32,641 nt of DNA from a virus. The stretch spans positions 1 through 32,641 of IMG/VR virus record IMGVR_UViG_3300032286_000077. One strand, 5' to 3'. Positions 6,137 through 15,496 of this stretch are shown here, one piece after another; within the stretch, counting starts at the first letter, position 1; each line of letters begins with the position of its first letter. The notes beneath the pieces are model-generated. The model did not search any database and was not told the DNA's origin. It saw only the letters and a list, made by a program, of their open reading frames with translations. The translations under genes were made by a program, and so were the position numbers.

Positions 6137-7941
6137 TTCTTACCTTTCAAAGCATCAACTAATGCGTTGTATTTTGTGGATTCTTGCACCTGTTTGGATA
6201 TTTCTCGTGTCTTAGCTATGTCAGCCGCAGTTTTTGCCAATGGGAAACGAATAGCCGCTAACTGATCCAAGCCACGCATAACCACACTTCCGGTATTGGA
6301 GTAATTAACAGCGCCTTGTGGTTTGACCAAAGCATCTTGCACAGTATCACGCAAATCAATCAGGTTTTCACGCCCCTTTTTGCCAAACATATAAGTCAAC
6401 TTATCTTCACGATCTAGCGTGTCAATGGCAGATTTAAGCTTTGCAAACGACAGCTCACCGCTTGCATTCTTGGTTAACTGGTCTTTCAAATACTGGACAG
6501 TTTGACCTTGCAATTCAGCATAAGCCTGTTGCCCCTCAGGGCCACCCTTTTTCAGCAGCTTGGTGACTGTACGCATTTCTTCCAAACTGCCATCAAGCAC
6601 CACATGGGAGAAAACATCATCCAACGCCACAGCACGGTCTGTATAGCCGCCTTTAGTGCCAAGCAATTTAGCTACGCGGTAGGTGTTCTCAAACTCGTTA
6701 GCCAGCTCTTTGCGTTGCGTTCTTGCGGCGCGGTACATATCCCCGCCTGCGCCCTCAGTCATGTCGTTAATTACGTTTTTGACTTGACGCATAAACACGC
6801 CCGATGGATCGCCAGGCTTGCCTAACTGCCCCGCAGCCTTATACAGATTTTCAACGTCATCAATGGTTACTTGCCCATTTGTAGTCGTTTTCAATGCTTC
6901 TAGCTTGGCTTTGATTGAATTGATCTCAGGCACAGAAATAGCCTCGGGCGCATTGTTAGCCAGCCATTGCTCTAAAGGCGCGGTATCGACCACTTGTTTG
7001 GTTTCACCAGCATTTCTAGCCGCTTCGTATGCTTGATTAACCTTAGCATTCTTTGCATCAAACTGCTTAACAAGCTGGGTATCAACCAAAGAACCAATCT
7101 TGCGGTAAGCGGTGGGGTCTGCATACTCAGCGCCAGTTTGATCTGCCAATTGCTCAAAACGCTTCAAAATGTCTTGCTTTTGACGCTGCTTAAACTCGGT
7201 CAGCGCTTTGGCTAAGTCAGGGTTTTCCTTAGGTAAATCAGATTCGCGCTTTAAAAGCCCAAAATCTTGTAACTGCTCGCCCTTGGTTAAAGGAATACCC
7301 TGCTGTAAGGCTCTTTCTTGGCGAATTAAAGCTTGATCTGTAGATGCCGCACCCATGCCCGTCATTTGAGGATTTTTAGGCTGTAAAAGCGCCGCCATAC
7401 GTTGCTGTGTGCTTGATGCAATAGGTGCAACCATGCCCCTAACTTGCCCAACTGCGGCAGGCGTTACAGCGCTTAACGTAGCTCCAGTAGATCCCAATGT
7501 GGGCGGCAAAGCGCTTAAAACTTTGCCTATTGCGTTAACAATGTCAGGGCCGGTTTCTGTGCGTGGCTGATAAAACTGTTGGCTAGTGACTTGGGCGGCT
7601 TTTTGCCCCATTTCTTTGCCTTGTGGCGTTCCATAACCGCCATACGCTTCGCCAAACATCTTAGCCAAGGGCGTAGCTACCATTTGACCAACTTGGCCTG
7701 CAATGATCGCTGGTGTCTCAACCAGCCCCATAACGCGGTCTTGCATAGAAACAGGGGTAGGCGGTAAGGTTGTGCTACGTTCTGCGCCAGGTATCTGTGC
7801 GCTGGTTACGCCTAGTTGTTCAAAGAATTTACCTCTTGGGATGTCCGCATAGTATTTGCTATGCAAGGCATCTGCCAATGCAAGATCAGGCATATCGTTG
7901 TATTCGGGATTTTGAGCACGAAATTCAACTAAGGTTGCCAT
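6133..7941 (-). CDS. Internal virion / ejection protein (602 aa)
   Basis: It is a large alpha-helical protein between the tail tubular-like genes and the fiber, which is the T7 gp14-16 position. Its ATG overlaps the upstream stop (TAATG). Confidence 0.6.
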   Translation of the reverse strand: MATLVEFRAQNPEYNDMPDLALADALHSKYYADIPRGKFFEQLGVTSAQIPGAERSTTLPPTPVSMQDRVMGLVETPAIIAGQVGQMVATPLAKMFGEAYGGYGTPQGKEMGQKAAQVTSQQFYQPRTETGPDIVNAIGKVLSALPPTLGSTGATLSAVTPAAVGQVRGMVAPIASSTQQRMAALLQPKNPQMTGMGAASTDQALIRQERALQQGIPLTKGEQLQDFGLLKRESDLPKENPDLAKALTEFKQRQKQDILKRFEQLADQTGAEYADPTAYRKIGSLVDTQLVKQFDAKNAKVNQAYEAARNAGETKQVVDTAPLEQWLANNAPEAISVPEINSIKAKLEALKTTTNGQVTIDDVENLYKAAGQLGKPGDPSGVFMRQVKNVINDMTEGAGGDMYRAARTQRKELANEFENTYRVAKLLGTKGGYTDRAVALDDVFSHVVLDGSLEEMRTVTKLLKKGGPEGQQAYAELQGQTVQYLKDQLTKNASGELSFAKLKSAIDTLDREDKLTYMFGKKGRENLIDLRDTVQDALVKPQGAVNYSNTGSVVMRGLDQLAAIRFPLAKTAADIAKTREISKQVQESTKYNALVDALKGKK

Positions 7942-9734
7942 TACTTTCTCCGCAAGCCTAAAGGATCAGTACCGCCACCCATTGGGGCTTTAGATTGACC
8001 GCCCATATATCGGTCAATATAGGCTTGACCCTCTTTTGTTGTACTAATCTTCATGCCCTCAATGGCTCGCTCTCGGGCTTCTGTTTTTTGTTTAATTACT
8101 TTGTCGCCCTCGCCAATCATGGGGAAAAACTCTTTAATGGTGTTTGACACCTCAGAAGCACCAAACGATGCGCCTGAGGTTTTACGCAAGTAAGCTGTTG
8201 CAAAGGCAATTTGAGCTTGAGCAAGGCGTTGCTGATCTGCGTTAGGGCCAACCAAACTTGTGGGGTCAGTCCTAGCAATAGATTCAATTTGATCTGCAAC
8301 CTTTTCGCCAACGCCCAAAGGCACTAAACCAACCAAGCTTTGCATCATTGCAGGAATGACCGCATTTTTAACTGTTCCAGCTTTCTCAAGCTCTCTCATG
8401 GTGGAATTAGCTTGTGCCATTGAACCACCAAACAAAGCCGCATTGCTTTGACCCTCAGTCATGTCTTTGTTGGCAGACATAAGTTTTTGTTTTGCAACCT
8501 CACGCTGATCCCTTGGGCTTAAGCCTGATACGTCTTGTATTTCTGCGGGCGCGGGCGCAGGGGCAGGAGCAACAGCGGGCGCTCTTGGGGCATTTAAAGG
8601 CGTGTATGCGCGACCTCTTGGCTGCACAGCAGGGGCAACAACAGGCGGCGCTCCAATAGGGGCGGCTTGTGCTATTGGGATAGCAGGCTGTGAAACAGGT
8701 TGGTTTTGTATAGCACCTAAAACGCCAGTAGTAGGTGTGGGCGCGGTGGGTATTGCCACATTTGCGCTAATGCCTTGATCAGCCAATGTTGCTTTTTTAA
8801 TATTAAGATCAGCCAAGGCCACCTTAAAGTCAAAGACATTTTTAGGTGTAATGCCACCCGCTTTGTTAACTAATGAAGTGTTGACTAAGTCCACAATGGC
8901 AGGGTTTTCTTTCCAATTTTTTGGCAAAGCGCCAGCAACTTGCAAATCACCCAAAATGCCCACCAAAGGTTTGGGTACACCAGCAGCCAACAATGGATCG
9001 CTCTTTTTAAAGTAGCGTGTAACCGGTTGGCCTTGGTCATTGGTGGTTTCAACAGAAACCAAATCCTCAGGCTTTCTAGCGCCCTCAACAAATGTATCTA
9101 AAGGCGCGGCTGCATTTTTATTGATCAAGCCAGTAATTTCTTGACCGTTATCATCAAACTTGCTGTATTTTTCCCAGCTTGGCTTTTCGGGAATGGTTGA
9201 CAATGGTTTTAAGGTTACTGGGTCTAGGAAAACATCCCCTGCGCTGGCTTTAATCGGCGCTTTAGGCGCTGCTTGTGCCAACAATTGCGCCATGTATGCT
9301 TGACGCACAGGCTCTGTCTTAATACCCGATAAACCCTCGGCAGGCAGATAACCCGCTGGTCTTGCAGGAATAGCTGCTTGACCGCCTTGAGTGATAGTGC
9401 TTTGACCCTCTTGGAATGTTGGCTCAATAGCAGGCTGACCGGCTTGTGCTGGCGCTTGCAAGGCACGAATCATGGATTGGAAGTCGCTTGCCACATCACC
9501 TTGGTATCTTTGAGCCAAAGCTTTTTGTTCTTCTGTAGCTCTTTCACTTTGTTTTGATGCACCGTATGCCTGCAACATTTTAGCCAATCCACTCAAAGGG
9601 CTAACCCTCACCCCAGGCATGGTAGGCAATTCAATAGGTTGCATTGCTTGTTGCTGTAAAAGCTCTGCCATTCTTAGCTTTTTGGCTATGGCTTCACTTT
9701 CAGCAGTGTAGGGATTGAGGTTAATGTCAGCCAT
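7941..9734 (-). CDS. Internal virion / ejection protein (about 597 aa)
   Basis: The ATG at 9734 has GGAG 7 nt upstream, whereas the track start at 9746 is a TTG lying inside that SD. The protein has a proline/alanine-rich central linker and sits in the internal-protein block. Confidence 0.6.
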   Translation of the reverse strand: MADINLNPYTAESEAIAKKLRMAELLQQQAMQPIELPTMPGVRVSPLSGLAKMLQAYGASKQSERATEEQKALAQRYQGDVASDFQSMIRALQAPAQAGQPAIEPTFQEGQSTITQGGQAAIPARPAGYLPAEGLSGIKTEPVRQAYMAQLLAQAAPKAPIKASAGDVFLDPVTLKPLSTIPEKPSWEKYSKFDDNGQEITGLINKNAAAPLDTFVEGARKPEDLVSVETTNDQGQPVTRYFKKSDPLLAAGVPKPLVGILGDLQVAGALPKNWKENPAIVDLVNTSLVNKAGGITPKNVFDFKVALADLNIKKATLADQGISANVAIPTAPTPTTGVLGAIQNQPVSQPAIPIAQAAPIGAPPVVAPAVQPRGRAYTPLNAPRAPAVAPAPAPAPAEIQDVSGLSPRDQREVAKQKLMSANKDMTEGQSNAALFGGSMAQANSTMRELEKAGTVKNAVIPAMMQSLVGLVPLGVGEKVADQIESIARTDPTSLVGPNADQQRLAQAQIAFATAYLRKTSGASFGASEVSNTIKEFFPMIGEGDKVIKQKTEARERAIEGMKISTTKEGQAYIDRYMGGQSKAPMGGGTDPLGLRRK

Positions 9735-9756
9735 TAAAGTCTCCAAAAATTAACCA

Positions 9757-10953
9757 TCAGAAACCTACTAATTTTCTAATATCAGGAATGTTTGCTACAC
9801 CCGCAGATCCTAAACTGAATAATCCTGCAGTGTTAGCATTTTGCCCAGCCACTTGTTGGTTATACAAATTTTGGTTGTATGCACCTTGTTGAGCCGCCGC
9901 ATTAGCAACAGGCGCTGCTGCAATATTTTGACCTTGATAAGCGCCAAATTGAGGATTTTGAATTTGTGAACCCGACATCAATGCACTAATTTCATTCAAA
10001 GGCAATTGACGCTGTTGAAGAGCCTGCGCCAGCGCCTGCTGTTGGGCGGTATTGCCAAACTGAGCCGCTTGCAAGCCTTGGTTGTATCTTTGTGCCTCAG
10101 TAGCGTTCTGAGCTTGAGCTGCAGTCATGCCTTGACCATAGTTTTGGGCAATAGCTTGATTTTGAGCTTGCTGTGCTTGTTGAGCTGCGCCAAATTGCGA
10201 CAATTGAGCCGCATTACCATATTGACCGCCTTGCAGAGCTTGATTGAAACCTTGTTGATTTGCGCCAATATCTAAGTTTAAACCTTGTAAAGCTGCTTGA
10301 CTTCTGAGATCGTTTTCTTGTTCGCCAAGAATTCGGGCAGCGTTGTCATAAGCTTCTGTGCCAGGCCGCAACCCTTGGTTAATCAATTGTGTTTCTGTGC
10401 TTGTGCGTTGTCTTGCCAAAGATGGCTCTAAGCGCCGCATGATGGCCTCTTGTGCCGTTGTGCCTGCGTTTACAGGCATCTTGGCAATATTGCTTAAATT
10501 TAATTGGGAATTTAAAGTAGGGGCATTTGGCCCACCTTGTGCAAGCCCATACTGTCCCGCGCTAGGTGCATTTTGTAATGCGCCACCTTGGTTAAATTGG
10601 GTTTGTACTTGTGGGCCACCAAACGAAAAAGGTGATGACAACGTACCAAAAGCATTTGTGTAGGCTGTACCGCCCAATCGAGCCAAATTACCTTGTAAAG
10701 CCTGTTGTGCCTCTAAAGTTCTTTGAGCCTCAGGCGTAAGGGTTTGCCTAATAGTTGGCACATCCCCCTCATAACTAACTAATTGAGTCCCATAAGGACT
10801 GTAAATATTGGGGTTTGATAATTTAGCAGATGCCCTTGCCGCATCCACGTTAGCCGCACCTTGAGCTGTTGCAGCCGCCGCATAATCAGGCGCTGCTGGC
10901 GCAGGGGCAGGAGAGCCAAAAACCGCTTCTTTTAATTCAGTTAAAAAACCCAT
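9757..10953 (-). CDS. Gln/Asn/Ala-rich low-complexity internal virion protein (398 aa)
   Basis: Reiterated motifs such as QGLQAAQFGNTAQQQALAQALQQ are present. It occupies the first position of the internal-protein block, after the tubular B-like gene. Confidence 0.6.
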   Translation of the reverse strand: MGFLTELKEAVFGSPAPAPAAPDYAAAATAQGAANVDAARASAKLSNPNIYSPYGTQLVSYEGDVPTIRQTLTPEAQRTLEAQQALQGNLARLGGTAYTNAFGTLSSPFSFGGPQVQTQFNQGGALQNAPSAGQYGLAQGGPNAPTLNSQLNLSNIAKMPVNAGTTAQEAIMRRLEPSLARQRTSTETQLINQGLRPGTEAYDNAARILGEQENDLRSQAALQGLNLDIGANQQGFNQALQGGQYGNAAQLSQFGAAQQAQQAQNQAIAQNYGQGMTAAQAQNATEAQRYNQGLQAAQFGNTAQQQALAQALQQRQLPLNEISALMSGSQIQNPQFGAYQGQNIAAAPVANAAAQQGAYNQNLYNQQVAGQNANTAGLFSLGSAGVANIPDIRKLVGF

Positions 10954-10964
10954 GATTTAATCCT

Positions 10965-12512
10965 TTACAACACGCCACCAGTTTCGAACACTAGATCGGT
11001 AGCGACCCATTGCAATTGTATGCCCTGCGTAGCAGTTTTGATCAGCGGGGCAAACGTATATCCTATATTTGTGACCCCCTGCCAATCAGCGCTAGGCACT
11101 AAGCCCGATCCCCAAATAGCAGAATCCCACAATCCTGTGTCCCATATCCCATAAATACTGGCTGAGAAATTAAGCTGTGCCGATTCGTCCGCTAAGTTGT
11201 AGTCCACATTTACGTTTCCAAAGACAGATGGCGTACCATTTGATTGGAGGTGGTAGCGAATCATCTTGCATTGTTTTTGCAAGGCTGTTCCATAGGATTG
11301 AAAGCTCTGAAGTCCAAATCCTGCAATGTCAGCGGTGTCGTCTGTGTTGCCATTCCAAGCCTTACCCACATAGCCATCCCCACCAAAGTAAGGGTCATCT
11401 ATGTGCAATTCCCAACAATTGGCATACCAGCCTGTAAAGTTACACCAGCTTTTAGTGATGTTGTTCATCACAAATTGCTGTTGCTCGCCCTCGTCATAAG
11501 GGACATTCAAGATTAATTGATTTTCTTTAGGGTAATACAGCAAAGACCACCCAAAATTACCGCCATAAGCCGATATTGCCGCGCTCATGGCATATTGAAT
11601 CTTGTTGGTGATAGACACCCTTGGATCAAGTCTTGAGCTTTGCAATGCCCCACTCATAGGCACTACGCCATCTTGAGTAATAATCAGCAAGTCCCCGCCA
11701 AACTTTGTAAAGCAGCGTCTACCAATAGGTGCGCCAACTTTATAAAGTCCAATCTGTGAGATTCCTGTTGGTGTGGTTGGGTCTGTTAATCGCCAAACAA
11801 GAGCCTCGCCATTGCTTGTGATAAACACCAAATAATCGTCAACGCCATAACCCGCGTCTAACGTCCAAGTCATCCCCGCCATGATGTAGCCACCAAGCTG
11901 GAAAACACTGGTCATATCTAACGCAACCGCCGCACCGCCAATAGAGTTAACAGGCAAATACCATGCTTTTAAGGTGTTAGAGGTTGTAAGCCAAATGCGG
12001 TTTTTAAACAGAATGATGTTAGAAACCGTTGCGGTATCCACATTGGTAATGTCATAAGGCGACCCATCGCCATCTTTATGCCAATCTGTGCCATCAAAGG
12101 TGCGTAATTTATCTGCGCCGTTAACCGCCATCAGATAAGAGCCGCCTGTTGTGGTGATGTTTACATACTGAAATTTTGAGTTTGAAAGGCCAGTTACAGC
12201 CGGTGCGCCAACAGCGCCGGTGCTAGTAGCATCGTAAATCTTGCCGTCAGATACAGCAAATAACTTGTTTGACGTTCCCGAGCTGTACGCCATCAGCGTT
12301 TGTACTTGAGCTGGCAAGCCTGTTGCGTGTTTCGTGTAGCCGTTTCGCAGGATAACCGAGTTAGTGCCAGGCCAAAAGTTCTGCAACGTTACCGCGTCCA
12401 AAGGATCCATTGCCCCCAACGCATCCCGAGCATTCCACCCGCCAATGGGCGCGGCAACAGTAACTGTCTGTGATGCTTGCTGGCGCGGGATTCGGGCAAA
12501 TGAATTTAGCAT
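10965..12512 (-). CDS. Tail tubular protein B-like (nozzle) structural protein
   Basis: It is a 515-aa beta-rich protein directly after the gp11-like gene in a T7-type gene order. The call rests on position and size only. Confidence 0.55.
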   Translation of the reverse strand: MLNSFARIPRQQASQTVTVAAPIGGWNARDALGAMDPLDAVTLQNFWPGTNSVILRNGYTKHATGLPAQVQTLMAYSSGTSNKLFAVSDGKIYDATSTGAVGAPAVTGLSNSKFQYVNITTTGGSYLMAVNGADKLRTFDGTDWHKDGDGSPYDITNVDTATVSNIILFKNRIWLTTSNTLKAWYLPVNSIGGAAVALDMTSVFQLGGYIMAGMTWTLDAGYGVDDYLVFITSNGEALVWRLTDPTTPTGISQIGLYKVGAPIGRRCFTKFGGDLLIITQDGVVPMSGALQSSRLDPRVSITNKIQYAMSAAISAYGGNFGWSLLYYPKENQLILNVPYDEGEQQQFVMNNITKSWCNFTGWYANCWELHIDDPYFGGDGYVGKAWNGNTDDTADIAGFGLQSFQSYGTALQKQCKMIRYHLQSNGTPSVFGNVNVDYNLADESAQLNFSASIYGIWDTGLWDSAIWGSGLVPSADWQGVTNIGYTFAPLIKTATQGIQLQWVATDLVFETGGVL

Positions 12513-12671
12513 TTATTTCTTTTTTTCGGGCTTTGCAGTCTTGGCAGCTTGTTTAAAGTCAGCCGCTGTGGGTGCGTTTTTAGACCCCACTTTGTTCATC
12601 TTCTCGCCTGATCCAGCCTTGATGCGCTCGCGCTTGGCGTGGATGTTTGCATAAAGTCCATCTAATTTCAT
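12513..12671 (-). CDS. Small basic phage protein (52 aa)
   Basis: It is below the ORF-track size cutoff. GGAG lies 5 nt upstream of the ATG at 12671, and its TAA abuts the next ATG. The translation is MKLDGLYANIHAKRERIKAGSGEKMNKVGSKNAPTAADFKQAAKTAKPEKKK. Confidence 0.7.
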   Translation of the reverse strand: MKLDGLYANIHAKRERIKAGSGEKMNKVGSKNAPTAADFKQAAKTAKPEKKK

Positions 12672-12680
12672 ACCATCTCC

Positions 12681-13598
12681 TTAAACACTAGGCCAATTGC
12701 CATCCTGCACACTCCAAGGCCCGACAAGCTGATTCATGCCAACAGGGGCAAGTGACATTGCTGAGACCGGTACATCCTGCGCTTTGCAATAAGAAAGCGA
12801 TCTTGTGAATTCACCCAACTCAACGGTGAAATCAAGTTTCTTGGCTTTTAAGAAGTAAAACTTTAATCCAGCCAGCATCAGGTCATCAGGGAAAATTGAT
12901 GTGTCTGTGTCCGCTGTATATGTTGACTTTGAGCCTTGATCTGAGCCAGCCGCGCAAATCCAGTAGTTAGAAACATACTCAAAAGAAAAGTTATAAACCG
13001 TTGTTAGCGCTTGGAAAATTCTAAATTTGTTGTTGTATATCCGGTAGCGCTCGCGTGGGCCAATAGAGATAATGCCGCCCTGCAAGAATTGCCAATCCTG
13101 AGATGACTTAGTTCCAAGGTTGCGCCAATGGTCTGTCCTGTCCCAATTGGTGTCCGAAATCATCCGGTCGTAGCCATCGGGCAAGTCATAGTCCTGCTTG
13201 GCAAACGTCATTGAAACTGATGCCGTTGAGGTGGTAACGGGCGTGTTTAGTGTTACCTGTGTGGAGCTATCAATGGTCAAAATTTCAGCATAAGGCGCTT
13301 GCCCTGTGCCTGTAATTACGTTGCCAACTTGCAAAGCCGCTGTGCTTGGTATGTTAGTGATTACTTTAGAGTTTGCCGTTATGTTGCCTGTTGTGCTTAC
13401 AGCGGTTTGGGTCTGCCAAATATACGCTTGCACCAAACGCTGCCATTCAAAGTCCCTGACCAAATCCCTGCCTAGCCGGTTAGCTAAAGCAAGAATTTGG
13501 ATGGTCTGATTGTTAGATGAGCCAATTACTGACGGTGGCTGAGTTAAGCCCAGCTCTGCGGACATTTGATCAACCAGCTGCAGTAATGTGTAGCTCAT
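12681..13598 (-). CDS. Tail tubular protein A-like (T7 gp11-like adaptor/gatekeeper)
   Basis: The N-terminus LLQLVDQMSAELGLTQPPSVIGSSNNQTIQILALANRLGRDLVRDFEWQRL follows the gp11 N-terminal pattern (L..V...LG.PP...GS.....Q.L.L.N.....L....W). The position also fits. Confidence 0.6.
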   Translation of the reverse strand: MSYTLLQLVDQMSAELGLTQPPSVIGSSNNQTIQILALANRLGRDLVRDFEWQRLVQAYIWQTQTAVSTTGNITANSKVITNIPSTAALQVGNVITGTGQAPYAEILTIDSSTQVTLNTPVTTSTASVSMTFAKQDYDLPDGYDRMISDTNWDRTDHWRNLGTKSSQDWQFLQGGIISIGPRERYRIYNNKFRIFQALTTVYNFSFEYVSNYWICAAGSDQGSKSTYTADTDTSIFPDDLMLAGLKFYFLKAKKLDFTVELGEFTRSLSYCKAQDVPVSAMSLAPVGMNQLVGPWSVQDGNWPSV

Positions 13599-13599
13599 A

Positions 13600-14178
13600 T
13601 CATTCCTCTACGGTTTCTTTTTTAGGTCTTCCGGCTTTTTTGTTGATCATCGCACGAAGCTCGGCCAATTCAGCCTCTTGAGCTTCCATTTTTTTATCCA
13701 TCTCAGCGCGAATCTTGTCCATCATTTGCGAATCTTGCGCCACCATGATGAAAGCCCGAGCCTTTGATCTCAAATCGTTAAAACCCATGATCTTGTCGCC
13801 AGCCACATCAGGCAAATTAGCAAACTGGTCAATGGTGAAAATGTTAAGCGCTTTGAACTCTGCTTTTTGTGTTTCTGAAATTGCCATCCATGCGTCTATG
13901 GGTGTGCCAGCTACTTTTTGTTCTTTCTTTTGCTCGTATCTTGCCCACTCAATGGGGTAATCTTCCATGTCTTGCTCGCGCATGGGGCGATCAACAACCA
14001 AGGTCGAGTCGCCTGGCACTAACTTCTTGATAAAGATGCGCTCTTCAAAGATTGGGCGCTTTTCTGCGTCTGATTTAAAGTTATTACGCACCTGTACAGC
14101 ATGAAAAAACACCGCCATCTTGCCACGGTTGTCTTCCATAAAGCTCTCGTTTGTCCAGCCTGCCACTTCGTTTTTCAT
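13600..14178 (-). CDS. Hypothetical structural-module protein (192 aa)
   Basis: It is a long ORF whose ATG overlaps the upstream stop (ATGA). It has a coiled-coil C-terminus, and I recognised no family. Confidence 0.75.
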   Translation of the reverse strand: MKNEVAGWTNESFMEDNRGKMAVFFHAVQVRNNFKSDAEKRPIFEERIFIKKLVPGDSTLVVDRPMREQDMEDYPIEWARYEQKKEQKVAGTPIDAWMAISETQKAEFKALNIFTIDQFANLPDVAGDKIMGFNDLRSKARAFIMVAQDSQMMDKIRAEMDKKMEAQEAELAELRAMINKKAGRPKKETVEE

Positions 14179-14912
14179 GTTAATTCCTTGAGTTTGAAAG
14201 CAGTTTCCTGCATAAGACCATCGCCGTAAAACACCACTTCAGCATCCTGCGTTTCTATGAATTTTTCCATTTCAATCGCCGCTTGGAGCATCTGCTGTGT
14301 TGTTTGGAAAGTTCTCAAACCAACTCTGACCATGATTTTAATCTGATCTTTGCCAGTATGAGCACCCGCGTGGCGGTTATTTGTATATGAACAATCCATG
14401 CCATGAATGTCAAACCGGCGAAACCCTAAAGCCGCCGAAACATTCATTGCCCTCATGCCTACACTAGAACCGCCACCAATCAGGCTTTCCATGCCCTCGG
14501 GGTGGTGCTGGGCTACCCATGCCACCGTCTCGAAATCATCTCCATTTACCAAATGCCATACCTTAACATTTTTCCCTTTAAGAATCTCCCAAAAGTTTGG
14601 GTGGCAAACCGAGGCCATCAGGTACTTAGTGGCTTTCTGTGGCTTTCTTAACATTTCAGCCTTGTGCGGTCTTGGATCGCAGTCCACATGAAAGTCAGGA
14701 ATAACACCCCTCTCCACCAAGTAATCATGCGCCCCTGAGACGGTCATTATTGGGTGTTTGAGCTGCTTCCAAGTATCTGCAAGGCTTGGCCCATAACAAG
14801 CAATGGTCATGCGCCGGTCGTTGAATTTGCCCTTTTTCTTGAGCAGGGGCAAATGAATTGACTTTGCCATCTGCTCATGGCGCTCGGCGTTACTCAAGAC
14901 CCCTTTAAGCAT
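14175..14912 (-). CDS. DUF115 (MptE/Maf-like) putative glycosyltransferase, stand-alone copy
   Basis: The motifs are CYGPSL ... SGAHDYLVERGVIPDFHVDCDP ... LIGGGSSVGMRAMNVSAALGFRRFDIHGMDCSY. It is a paralogue of the N-terminal half of the 15340-16971 protein. Confidence 0.75.
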   Translation of the reverse strand: MLKGVLSNAERHEQMAKSIHLPLLKKKGKFNDRRMTIACYGPSLADTWKQLKHPIMTVSGAHDYLVERGVIPDFHVDCDPRPHKAEMLRKPQKATKYLMASVCHPNFWEILKGKNVKVWHLVNGDDFETVAWVAQHHPEGMESLIGGGSSVGMRAMNVSAALGFRRFDIHGMDCSYTNNRHAGAHTGKDQIKIMVRVGLRTFQTTQQMLQAAIEMEKFIETQDAEVVFYGDGLMQETAFKLKELT

Positions 14913-15496
14913 TCCACCCTCATATCTCTAAATGGGAAATGGTAGCGAGGCTCGCAAAACGTAATGTTCTGCATTCCTACGGTTTCCAGCATATCTTTCA
15001 ATGGGCGTTGAAACCAGCCCCAATGGTGGCACATGGCCTCAGATTTATATTTGGGGTCACCATACAACGCATTTAGCGTCATAAAGGGCTGTAAAGGCTC
15101 TTTGTTGACCACGCAATTATGGACATAGGCAAACACCTTATCCATGCAGGGAAGCTCTAGGATCATCTTGCCGCCAGGCTTTAGCACCCGCTTCCACTCG
15201 CTCAGTAAGTCATAAACTTCCCACTCGTAAAAGTGTTCTAGAACGTGAATTGCCGCTACAGCATCAGCAGAATCGCTTGCTATCTCTAGTTTTCTTAGGT
15301 CGCATTTGATGTCAGAAATGTCAGAATGCAAATCGACATTTATCCAACCGTCCCATTTCTTTGATCCGCATCCAAGGTTGTAGGCCGTCTCGTAGCGCTC
15401 TTCCACTTGTCGATCAGTATTTGAGGCGAGAATTCTTCCCTCACGAACCTCTGCGCCTTGGAAATGAGTTCGTTCATGTTCTGCTGTTTTGTCCAT
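14894..15496 (-). CDS. Class I SAM-dependent methyltransferase
   Basis: It carries motif I NLGCGSKK, then DAVAAIHVLEHF and VLKPGGKMILELP. The ATG at 15496 has GAGGG 6 nt upstream but overlaps the upstream gene by 157 nt. The alternative GTG at 15406 overlaps by 67 nt. Confidence 0.75.
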   Translation of the reverse strand: MDKTAEHERTHFQGAEVREGRILASNTDRQVEERYETAYNLGCGSKKWDGWINVDLHSDISDIKCDLRKLEIASDSADAVAAIHVLEHFYEWEVYDLLSEWKRVLKPGGKMILELPCMDKVFAYVHNCVVNKEPLQPFMTLNALYGDPKYKSEAMCHHWGWFQRPLKDMLETVGMQNITFCEPRYHFPFRDMRVECLKGS

